Source: Acidimicrobiales bacterium
GTDB taxonomy: Bacteria > Actinomycetota > Acidimicrobiia > Acidimicrobiales > AC-14
Reading direction: 5' to 3'
DNA: 54,941 nt
Assembly: GCA_046262035.1 (NCBI GenBank)
Contig: JBHENM010000144.1
Span: 1 to 54,941, forward strand
Made by a program: the position numbers and the translations under genes. Below are positions 46,599 through 54,012 of the stretch, piece by piece; the stretch's first letter is position 1, and each line of letters starts with the position of its first letter. Below the pieces are notes generated by a model. It was given only the letters and a program-made list of their open reading frames with translations. It did no database searches and had not been told where the DNA came from.

Positions 46599-47335
46599 CG
46601 GGCCGCGGCCACGACCAGGCCGGCCGTCTCCCCCACCAGGCCGGCCGCCCCCAGGACGTCACCCGTGAACCCGCCCAGCCGCCGGACGGCGGCGAGCACG
46701 ACGAGCGCCGAGGCGGCCACGGCGACGACGAGGGCCACGATCCCGGGGCCGCCCCGCCCCACGGCCACCAGGGCCCCGGCCAGCATCAGCCCCCCTCCGG
46801 CCAGGACCAGCGACGGCGTGCGCCCTTGGCCCCCGGGGCGACGGAAGGCCTCGGCCAGCCCGCCGGGGCGGGCGTAGCCGACCTCGCGGATGGTGAGGGC
46901 CATCACCGTCCGTGACGCGCACCACAGGCCGCCGACCAGGGGCGCCGAAACCCGCTGGGTGGCGAGCGCGGCCCAGCGCAGGAGCAGCACGACGACGGCC
47001 GCGACCACGCCGAACGCGCCGGCCCGGGGGTCGGACATCACGTCCAGGCGCCGTTCCCGCTCGAGGGGCGGGAGCAGCCCGTCGGCCGTGTCCACCAGAC
47101 CGTCGAAGTGGAGGAGGCCGGTGAGGACCAGGTCGACGGTGAGGGCGAGAGCGGCGGCCACCACCGGATGCCACAGCCGGCTGGCCCCCGCCCATACGCC
47201 ACCTACAGCGAGACCGACCCCCGCTCCGACCAGAGGAAACCAGCCCACGGTGCCCGGGTTCGGTTCGACGGGGCGGCCCGCGGGGGTGAGGAAGGCCAGC
47301 GCGCTCTGAGCGGAGCGCCACCCTTGGACCGTCAC
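46592..47335 (-). CDS. cobS: adenosylcobinamide-GDP ribazoletransferase (cobalamin synthase)
   Basis: From GTG 47335 (GTGA overlap with cobU): LAFLTP..FPLVGAGVG..LLHFDGLVDTADGL..MSDPRAGAFGV. Confidence 0.85.
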   Translation of the reverse strand: MTVQGWRSAQSALAFLTPAGRPVEPNPGTVGWFPLVGAGVGLAVGGVWAGASRLWHPVVAAALALTVDLVLTGLLHFDGLVDTADGLLPPLERERRLDVMSDPRAGAFGVVAAVVVLLLRWAALATQRVSAPLVGGLWCASRTVMALTIREVGYARPGGLAEAFRRPGGQGRTPSLVLAGGGLMLAGALVAVGRGGPGIVALVVAVAASALVVLAAVRRLGGFTGDVLGAAGLVGETAGLVVAAARW

Positions 47336-47850
47336 AGCGCGTCCAGAGCGAGCCGCTCCAGGGGCAGGACCCGCCCGGCCACCACCAGCAGCACGCGATC
47401 GGCCACCTCGGCCACGCTCTGGTTGAGGAGCCCCAGCTGGTCCCGAAAGCGCCGGCCGTAGCCACTCGACGGGTGGACTCCCAGCCCGACCTCGTCGGAC
47501 ACGATGACGGTGTCCCCCTCCCGCCCCTGGAGGGCGGCGCACAGCGCCTCGACGTCGACCACGAACTCGGGGGCGGCCGCCAACCAGGTGGTGAGGGAGT
47601 CGAGGAGGACGACGCCCGGCGGGGCCGACCGCACCACCTCCACGAGCTGATCGGGAGTGGCTTCGACCGTCACCCAGTCGGGAGGCCTCCGGTCCCGGTG
47701 GATGACGATGCGAGCGGCCATATCCGGGTCGGCGGTCGGGCCGGTGGCGACGTAAGTGGCCACGTAGGTCACGGGCCCCGGCCGTCGGGCCAGGCGCTCG
47801 GCCACGTTGGACTTGCCCGACCGCGCCCCGCCCAGCACGAGCACGATCAC
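47332..47850 (-). CDS. cobU: bifunctional adenosylcobinamide kinase / cobinamide-phosphate guanylyltransferase
   Basis: VIVLVLGGARSGKSNVAERLA (P-loop), 172 aa. GTG 47850 overlaps the cbiZ stop. Confidence 0.9.
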   Translation of the reverse strand: MIVLVLGGARSGKSNVAERLARRPGPVTYVATYVATGPTADPDMAARIVIHRDRRPPDWVTVEATPDQLVEVVRSAPPGVVLLDSLTTWLAAAPEFVVDVEALCAALQGREGDTVIVSDEVGLGVHPSSGYGRRFRDQLGLLNQSVAEVADRVLLVVAGRVLPLERLALDAL

Positions 47851-48578
47851 TGAGTTCCCCGCTCAGGGGGCCGCTCGGGCCCCTGAGTTCCCCGCGCAGG
47901 GGGCCGCTCGGGCCCCTGAGTTCCCCGCTCAGGGGGCCGCTCCGGCCTCAGGGCGCAGCCGCTCGACACCGCGGCGTGCACGGCCCGGGCGATCCTCGAG
48001 CCCCAGTACGACCTCGGCCCGCCGAAGGCGTGGGACCGCCCGTCGGACGGACAGGCGATGCACACGGCGTCGGTCGCCGTTCCCGTGGCTGCGATCCCCC
48101 GGTCCCAGAGAGCCTGGGCCTTGGCCTCGGCCACGGTACCCACGGCGTTCACCAGGGCGGCGTCCGACAACCGCTCCGGGACCAGCACGACCACGTTGAT
48201 GGTGCCGACCAGGCTGGTGGGCCGGGGCTCGGGAGGTGCCGCCGCCCACAGGGGGTGGCCCAGACCCACAGTGGCCGCCACCTCCACCGGCCCATCGGTC
48301 GCGGTGCCCACCAGGCGGACGTCGGCCGCCGTGAGCATCCCCACTCCGTGACCGGCCAGGCCCAGGGAGATGCCCAGCTTGGTCAGGTGGTGGTCGGGAT
48401 CACGACGGCCGTAGGAGGCAGGGACCTGGGCGTTGACGATCCAGCGCCGGGAACCGAGCCCGCCGCCGTGCGGGGCCGAGGCCACCATGCGCATGGGCAC
48501 GGGCGAGCGCCACACCAGGACCGGCCACGACCGGCCCTCCTCCTGACGGGAGCGGACCACGAAGTCCACGACGTCCAC
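47847..48578 (-). CDS. cbiZ: adenosylcobinamide amidohydrolase with repeat-encoded C-terminal tail
   Basis: GTG 48578 preceded by GGAAAGGA. MVASAPHGGGLG..WIVNAQVP..GTINVVVLV..TGTATDAVCIA are CbiZ-like blocks. The last ~35 aa (RPERPPERGTQ x3) are encoded by the 33-bp tandem repeat. Confidence 0.75.
   Translation of the reverse strand: MDVVDFVVRSRQEEGRSWPVLVWRSPVPMRMVASAPHGGGLGSRRWIVNAQVPASYGRRDPDHHLTKLGISLGLAGHGVGMLTAADVRLVGTATDGPVEVAATVGLGHPLWAAAPPEPRPTSLVGTINVVVLVPERLSDAALVNAVGTVAEAKAQALWDRGIAATGTATDAVCIACPSDGRSHAFGGPRSYWGSRIARAVHAAVSSGCALRPERPPERGTQGPERPPARGTQGPERPPERGTQ
47851..47949 (-). repeat. 3 x 33-bp tandem repeat (MIRU-like) at the cbiZ/cobU junction
   Basis: Units 47851-47883, 47884-47916 and 47917-47949: tgagttccccgc(t/g)cagggggccgctc(g/c)ggcc(c/t)c. 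Each unit contains a 24/27 match to the dispersed repeat. Confidence 0.95.
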
Positions 48579-48599
48579 GCGTCCTTTCCGAGAGCGCCG

Positions 48600-48795
48600 G
48601 AGCACCCGCTCCGGGCAGGCAGGTCTCCTGGCTCCCGGATCGACGCTCCCCCCGGCCTTCCCGCCCTCTCGGGCCGTGGCCACTTCGGTGGGGCTCGCTC
48701 CCCGGTGACAGTTGCGGGACAGCCCCGGACTTTCACCGGGTTCCCTGCTCTGCGCAGGGGACAGTAGCCCTCCGGCGCAGACGGTGTCATTGGAG
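48600..48795 (-). promoter_or_regulatory. cobalamin (adenosylcobalamin) riboswitch
   Basis: Minus strand reads ..cagggaacccggtgaaagtccggggctgtcccgcaactgtcacc..gggaaggcc..gggagccaggagacctgcc (B12 box), followed by the stem ccggagcgggtgctccgg just before the cbiZ SD. Confidence 0.9.
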
Positions 48796-48817
48796 CGGGC
48801 ATCGCTACGCTCGGGCG

Positions 48818-49342
48818 ATGGCGCGCGCCGAATCACTCGTGCTGGTCAACACCGGCCACGGCAAGGGCAAGTCGTCGGCCGCCTTCGGGGTCATGGGCCG
48901 GGGGTGGGCCCGCGGCTGGCGGGTGGGCGTGGTGCAGTTCATCAAGAGCGGGAAGTGGAAGACGGGAGAGCGCAAGCTCGCCGACCACCTGGGCGTGGAG
49001 TGGCACACCCTGGGCGACGGCTTCACGTGGGAGTCCACCGACCTGGACGAGACGGCGGCCAAGGGTCGGCACGCGTGGGACGTGGCCCGGGCCAAGCTGG
49101 CGTCGGGCGACTACGACCTGCTCATCCTGGACGAGCTGACCTACGCGGTGAAGTACGGGTGGGTCCCGGTGGACGAGGTGGTGGCCGGCATCCGGGACCG
49201 GTCGCCCCGCACCAACGTGGTGGTGACCGGTCGCGACGCGCCCCAGGAGGTCGTCGACGTGGCCGACACCGTGACCGAGATGCGCAAGGTCAAGCACGCC
49301 TACGACCAGGGCATCAAAGCGAAGAAGGGCATCGAATACTGA
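48818..49342 (+). CDS. cobO: cob(I)yrinic acid a,c-diamide adenosyltransferase (CobA/CobO/BtuR type)
   Basis: LVLVNTGHGKGKSSAAFG..VVQFIKSGKW.TGE..LILDELTYA..VVVTGRDAP. Confidence 0.9.
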   Translation: MARAESLVLVNTGHGKGKSSAAFGVMGRGWARGWRVGVVQFIKSGKWKTGERKLADHLGVEWHTLGDGFTWESTDLDETAAKGRHAWDVARAKLASGDYDLLILDELTYAVKYGWVPVDEVVAGIRDRSPRTNVVVTGRDAPQEVVDVADTVTEMRKVKHAYDQGIKAKKGIEY

Positions 49343-49347
49343 GGTTT

Positions 49348-49374
49348 CGACTCGCAAGCGAAGCTTGCTCGTCG
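49348..49374 (+). terminator. stem-loop 6 nt after the cobO stop (no U-tract)
   Basis: cgac-tc-gcaagc-gaa-gcttgc-tc-gtcg. A second GC hairpin gccgcc-ttc-ggcggc at 49447-49461 lies downstream of the convergent ACAD-like gene. Confidence 0.35.
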
Positions 49375-49494
49375 AGCTAGTCGTGCTCCGGGCGACCGGC
49401 AAAGCCGGACGCCCTCCGCCGTTCTCTCCTGTCGCCATCTGGGCGGGCCGCCTTCGGCGGCGGCGGCAGCCGGCGACGGGCTGGCGACCACCTC

Positions 49495-50676
49495 TTACAG
49501 CAGGACTGTGGCTGGGTCGAGGCCTAGGAGGGCGCGGCCGAGGCCGCGCTCGACCTCGGTGCTGAAGGCGATGTGCTGCGCGGCGGCGTGGAGGTCCCGG
49601 AAGCAGCGCTGCAGGGGGCTGGTGTCGTAGAGGGCTCCCCCGCCGGCCAGCCGGAAGGCGGTGTCGACCACCTGGAGGCCGGATCGAATGGCGTGGTGGA
49701 CAGCGGACGTGATGCGCACCCGCTGCCCCATGCTCAGGTCGTTCCCCGAGACCAGCGTGTCCCACAGGTCGCCGGCGGCATCGAACACGTAAGCCCGGGC
49801 CGAGCCCAGGGCCCCGTCGAGGCGGGCGACCTCGACCTGGATGATCTCGTCCTCGCTCATGAGCCGGCGGTCGAAGCGACGGGACTTTCCCTCGGTGAGG
49901 CCGACGAACTCGTCGAGGGCCCGGCGGGCCACGCCCAGGGGGAAGCCGGCCATGATCACCATGAGCAGGCTCCAGAACGGCATGCGGAAGAAAGCGTCCT
50001 CGGCCCGGGCCCGCTCGTAGAGCGGCGCCGCCGTGTGCTCCACCGGCACCCGCACGCCCTCGGCGGCCACGTGATGGCTGCCCGTCCCCCGAAGCCCGGC
50101 CGCCCGCCAGGTGTCGAGCACCTCGACATCGGCCGCCGGCAGCCACACGAACCGCCAGTCGGGCAGGCCGTTCTCCAGCATCCGGGGGACGAGCTCTCCG
50201 CTCAGAGGGTCGCTCGGGCCCTGGCCATCCATCACCAGCACCCCGTTCACGAACCAGTCGGCGTGAGGGGCGCCGCTGGCGAACGGCCACCGCCCCGAGA
50301 CCGTGAACGACCCGTCGCCGTTGGGCACGGCCTGGCCGCCGGGCGTGAAGGACCCGGCGGCAATGCCGTCGGGTCGCGTCGAAAGGACCTTGAGGGCGAC
50401 GGAGGGCTCCAGCCAGGCGGCGAAGCAGGTGGCGTTTCCGATGAGCGTCGTCCAGGCCGCCGACCCGTCGGCTCGCGCCAGCTCCTCGACGACCTCGATG
50501 ATCGTCGCCGGGTCCCACGGCGGACCGCCCAGGGCTTCGGGCATGGCCATGTGGAAGAGGCCGGCGGCCCGCACCTGCTCGACCAGGTCGGCGGGCATGG
50601 TCCGGGCCTCTTCGCCTTCGGCCGCCCGCTCGGACAGCACGGGGGCCAACTCTCGGGCCGCGTCGAGGACCGTCAT
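49495..50676 (-). CDS. acyl-CoA dehydrogenase-fold protein (type 2 / flavin-monooxygenase-like)
   Basis: 393 aa. ARELAPVLSERAAEGEEARTMPADLVEQVRAAGLFHMAMPEALGG..ADGSAAW resembles ACAD type-2 family N-termini. Contains the dispersed repeat at 50194-50224. Confidence 0.8.
   Translation of the reverse strand: MTVLDAARELAPVLSERAAEGEEARTMPADLVEQVRAAGLFHMAMPEALGGPPWDPATIIEVVEELARADGSAAWTTLIGNATCFAAWLEPSVALKVLSTRPDGIAAGSFTPGGQAVPNGDGSFTVSGRWPFASGAPHADWFVNGVLVMDGQGPSDPLSGELVPRMLENGLPDWRFVWLPAADVEVLDTWRAAGLRGTGSHHVAAEGVRVPVEHTAAPLYERARAEDAFFRMPFWSLLMVIMAGFPLGVARRALDEFVGLTEGKSRRFDRRLMSEDEIIQVEVARLDGALGSARAYVFDAAGDLWDTLVSGNDLSMGQRVRITSAVHHAIRSGLQVVDTAFRLAGGGALYDTSPLQRCFRDLHAAAQHIAFSTEVERGLGRALLGLDPATVLL
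50194..50224 (-). repeat. dispersed GC-rich repeat, copy in the ACAD-like gene (read as GPSDPLSG)
   Basis: Plus strand ctctccgctcagagggtcgctcgggccctgg: 25/27 match to the hemE copy. Confidence 0.85.
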
Positions 50677-50695
50677 GCCCGTAACCTATTGGGTG

Positions 50696-51784
50696 ATGGA
50701 CGACGCCGAGCGGGAGGCGAGGCGACGCCGGCGCGAGGAGTGGGCACTCGACGCCCTCGCCCGGCAGACGGCGGTGGTCGACGACCTGGAAGCCCGCGCC
50801 GCCGACCCCCTGCGCTGGCTGGCCCTCCGGCGCCAGGCGCTGTCCTACCTGAGGCACCTGGACACGTGGCAACAGGGCCGGGCCTTCTCCGAGATGTCCG
50901 ACGTGCTGGACGCCCATCAACGGTCCCTCCAGGACCGGGTTGCCGCCGCTGAGTCCGAGCTGGCCGGCATGGACCACGTAGAGCGGCGGCATCTGGAGGG
51001 CCGGCTGGGGCTGCGACTGGCCGTGATCGGCAAGGGCGGGGCGGGCAAGACGGTGATCTCCTCCACCCTGGCCCGCCTCCTGGCCCGCCAGGGGCGCAAG
51101 GTGCTGGCCGTCGACATGGACACCAACCCCGGCCTGGCCTTCAGCATCGGACTGGAGGCCGCCGGTGGCGACCACGGGCTATCGCTAGACGCCCTCGAGG
51201 AGAGCCCGGGGGCGGCCTACGGGTGGCAGTTGCGCAGCGGGCTCCTCCCCCGGGAGGCGGTGGAGCGGTTCGCGGTTCCCGCTCCCGACGGCGTGGCCTT
51301 CCTCTCCATGGGCAAGATCGGCGAGGTCGACCCTGGGCCCGAGCGGCCCTCTGAGCGGAGTGACAAGTCGTCGGCCAAGCGGACGGTGGTCGCCGTCATC
51401 CAAATCCTGCTGGGGTTCGGCGAGCCCGGCTGGGACGTGATCGGCGACCTCGAGGCCGGTCCCACCACTCCCTTCGAGCGCTACCACGCCTTCTCCGACG
51501 ACGTCATGGTGGTCGTGGGCCCGGCCTGGCGTTCGGCCTTGACCGCCCGCCGCCTGCTGCCGATGGTGGGCGACGGTCGGAGGACCACGATCGTCGCCAA
51601 CCGCTTCCGCAACGAGCCCGACCATCCCGGCCTCGTCCCCCGGATCCGGATTCCCTTCGATCCCGAGGTGGCCGAGGCCGAGCGCCACGGCCTCTCCCCC
51701 CTCGACGTCTGTCCCGAGTCCCCCGCCATTCGGGCCATCGCCCAGGTGGCCGAGCTGTTCGTCTCCCAGGAGGTACCAGTATGA
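50696..51784 (+). CDS. CooC/MinD/ParA-class (deviant Walker A) ATPase with ~100-aa N-terminal helical extension; CxC metal site absent
   Basis: AVIGKGGAGKTVISSTLARLLARQGRKVLAVDMDTNP. Start is ATG 50696 (or ATG 50675). Where the paralogue has CLCC, this protein has [12 protein letters not shown], encoded by the dispersed repeat. Confidence 0.7.
   Translation: MDDAEREARRRRREEWALDALARQTAVVDDLEARAADPLRWLALRRQALSYLRHLDTWQQGRAFSEMSDVLDAHQRSLQDRVAAAESELAGMDHVERRHLEGRLGLRLAVIGKGGAGKTVISSTLARLLARQGRKVLAVDMDTNPGLAFSIGLEAAGGDHGLSLDALEESPGAAYGWQLRSGLLPREAVERFAVPAPDGVAFLSMGKIGEVDPGPERPSERSDKSSAKRTVVAVIQILLGFGEPGWDVIGDLEAGPTTPFERYHAFSDDVMVVVGPAWRSALTARRLLPMVGDGRRTTIVANRFRNEPDHPGLVPRIRIPFDPEVAEAERHGLSPLDVCPESPAIRAIAQVAELFVSQEVPV
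51331..51362 (+). repeat. dispersed GC-rich repeat, copy in CooC-like gene 1 (read as GPERPSER)
   Basis: ccctgggcccgagcggccctctgagcggagtg. Its reverse complement shares 27 identical nt with 4774-4805. Confidence 0.85.
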
Positions 51785-52527
51785 GGATCGCCATCTGCGG
51801 CAAGGGCGGGTCGGGCAAGAGCATGATCGCCGGCTCCCTGGCCCGCCATCTGGCCCGGCGCGGCCATTCCGTCGTGGCCGTGGACGCCGACCCCAACCCC
51901 AACCTGGGCATCTCCCTGGGGGTCGACCGCGGGACGGTGGAGGACATGCGGCCCATCCTCAACGCTCTTCTCGACGAGGGCCACACCCACGACGACCCCC
52001 AGCCCCTGGCCGAGGACCTGCTCACCAGGTTCGGAGTCGACGCCCCCGAGGGGATCCGGCTGGTGGCGACGGGCAAGATCGAGCGGCCCTCGGACGCCTG
52101 CCTGTGCTGCGGCTCGCACAACACCACCCGCCAGTTCTTCGGCGAGCTGGCCGACGACGGCCGCGTGGTGGTGGCCGACCTGGAGGCGGGGCTGAACGAC
52201 CTGATCTGGGCCAAGCCCGGAGGCGACGACGTGGTCCTGGCTGTCAGCGAGGGCAGCGAGAAGTCGGTCGAGATCGCCCGCCGCGCCGTGGTGGTGGCCG
52301 AGGAGCTGGGGGTCACCCGGATCATCGGCGTGGCCAACCGGTCCCTGTCCGAGGAGGACGCGGCCCGCATCGGCGAGCTGCTCGGAGTGGGCGAGGTGTT
52401 CCGGGTTCCCGAAGACCGGTCGGTGGAGCGGGCCGATCACCTGGGCGTGGCCCCGATGGACGCCGACCCGTCCTCCCCCGCCATGGTCGCGGTGAGCGAG
52501 CTGGCCGAGCTCGTGGTCAAGAATTAG
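51781..52527 (+). CDS. CooC-like nickel/metal-insertion accessory ATPase
   Basis: MRIAICGKGGSGKSMIAGSLA..VVAVDADPNPNLG..GKIERPSDACLCCGSHN (CxC-type metal motif). ATG 51781 preceded by AGGAGG and overlapping the upstream stop (ATGA). Confidence 0.8.
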   Translation: MRIAICGKGGSGKSMIAGSLARHLARRGHSVVAVDADPNPNLGISLGVDRGTVEDMRPILNALLDEGHTHDDPQPLAEDLLTRFGVDAPEGIRLVATGKIERPSDACLCCGSHNTTRQFFGELADDGRVVVADLEAGLNDLIWAKPGGDDVVLAVSEGSEKSVEIARRAVVVAEELGVTRIIGVANRSLSEEDAARIGELLGVGEVFRVPEDRSVERADHLGVAPMDADPSSPAMVAVSELAELVVKN

Positions 52528-52569
52528 GGGCCGCCTACGCGAACCAGCCCCCTCGGGGCTTTGTAGTGC

Positions 52570-53499
52570 GTGGAAGAACTTCCGTCGCTCGACGACGCCA
52601 TCGAGTCCATCGCCGCTCCCGACGCCTCGGAGGACACCCTCCGGTCGATCGTCGAGCGGCACCGTCGCCGCCAGGTCCGGGCCTTGGCCGGCGGCCTGCT
52701 CGTCGTTCTGGTCGCGGGGCCGGCCCTGGGTTGGGCCCTCGGTCGCTCGACCGAAGGCGACGGAGCTCGCGATGTGCAGGCCGCCAGCGGGCAGCCCACG
52801 CCACCGGCTCCGGAGGTGGTCCACGTCCCGCCGGTCTCGGCCTCCGAAATGGGGAGCATGGGCGACCCCGGCTTTTACGGCCCTCCAGCCGCCACCCGTC
52901 TCTTCCTGCGGGACACCGAGGACCGAATCCGCATCCGGGCTTACACGAGCGACCTCGGGTCGCTCCCCCCCGGGTTGGAAGGTGAGAATGCCGATGCCGC
53001 CGCCTGCCGGCGGCCCACCCAGCTGTTCCACGCTCAGATCTCCGACGACTTCGTGGCCGACAACGGCACCGCTCCCGTCATGACCTGGACGCCGGAGCCG
53101 GCGCCCGTCACCCTGCTCGACGTCGGCCTCGTCGGTGTCGCTGAGGGATCACCGATCCTCCGGGTGGGGCTGCGGACTTCCCCGGAAGTCGCCGCCGTAC
53201 GGCTGCGCCGCGGCGACGCCACCGCCGATCAGATGGCGCCGGTCGACGGTTGGGCCGTGCTCGCCAGCCACGTCGACGGGACCGCGGAGGACCTTTTCAG
53301 GGGACCGCCCGAGGGCGTGGTCGAGGCTCTCGACGCCTCCGGCGCGGTCCTCGCCACCGTGGACCTGGCCGCCGGCCCCGGCCCGGAAATACCGGCGGAG
53401 TGCCGGCCCCCGATGCCACCGCCCCCGGACGGGATTGCGTCGGAGACCGCGCCGGCAAGGCCCATCCTGCCCGGGCCCACAACCGTGTCGGTGCCGTAA
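52570..53499 (+). CDS. single-pass membrane protein (anti-sigma-factor-like topology)
   Basis: Short cytoplasmic N-terminus, TM helix ALAGGLLVVLVAGPALGWAL, then a Pro-rich extracytoplasmic region. GTG 52570. No family recognised. Confidence 0.5.
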   Translation: MEELPSLDDAIESIAAPDASEDTLRSIVERHRRRQVRALAGGLLVVLVAGPALGWALGRSTEGDGARDVQAASGQPTPPAPEVVHVPPVSASEMGSMGDPGFYGPPAATRLFLRDTEDRIRIRAYTSDLGSLPPGLEGENADAAACRRPTQLFHAQISDDFVADNGTAPVMTWTPEPAPVTLLDVGLVGVAEGSPILRVGLRTSPEVAAVRLRRGDATADQMAPVDGWAVLASHVDGTAEDLFRGPPEGVVEALDASGAVLATVDLAAGPGPEIPAECRPPMPPPPDGIASETAPARPILPGPTTVSVP

Positions 53500-53535
53500 C
53501 CGGCGCCGCCGGCCTCCACCTGGCAGGATCGGCAC

Positions 53536-54012
53536 GTGGCGGCGGATGAAGCGGCGGACTCCTACGTCCAGCTCTACCGGGCTCACTACCCCCGACTGGT
53601 TCAGGTCCTGGTCCTCACCGGCGCCAGGCGAGACGACGCCGAAGACGTGGCCCAGGAAGCTTTTGCCCGCACCCTCTCCCGGTGGCGACGGGTGCGCACC
53701 GGCTCCAACCCGCCGGGCTACGTGTACCGGGTCGCGTTCCGCCTCCTGCGCCGGGCCCAGCCCCACCTCGTCGGCGACGGCCATGCGCCTTCCCCGGCGG
53801 TCGCGGCCGCCGACGACGCTGTCGTGCTCCACACCAGCCTGGAGCAGGCGTTCGCCGGGCTGCCACCCCGTCAGCGGACGTGCGCCCTGCTCTGTCTGCT
53901 CCTGGGCTACACATCCGAGGACGCGGGATCGGTGCTCGGCATCCGGGCGTCCACCGTCCGCAAGCAGGTGGAGCTAGCCCGCCGATCCCTGCGCCAGCGG
54001 CTCACTACGTAG
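53536..54012 (+). CDS. ECF-type sigma-70 family RNA polymerase sigma factor
   Basis: Region 2 (YRAHYPRLVQVLVLTGARRDDAEDVAQEAFARTL) and region 4 HTH (LPPRQRTCALLCLLLGYTSEDAGSVLGIRASTVRKQVELARRSL). Confidence 0.8.
   Translation: MAADEAADSYVQLYRAHYPRLVQVLVLTGARRDDAEDVAQEAFARTLSRWRRVRTGSNPPGYVYRVAFRLLRRAQPHLVGDGHAPSPAVAAADDAVVLHTSLEQAFAGLPPRQRTCALLCLLLGYTSEDAGSVLGIRASTVRKQVELARRSLRQRLTT

Noticed and set aside
47301-47320. 12-nt match ctctgagcggag to the dispersed repeat, inside cobS.
   Set aside because: It is too short, the flanks do not match, and it could be chance in GC-rich sequence.
47851-47949. Tandem repeats considered as a CRISPR array.
   Set aside because: The units are directly adjacent with no spacers, there are only three copies, they lie inside a coding region, and no cas genes are present.
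48833-51175. 780-aa minus-strand ORF.
   Set aside because: It overlaps cobO, the ACAD-like gene and CooC-like gene 1 in wrong frames or strands. It is a GC artefact.
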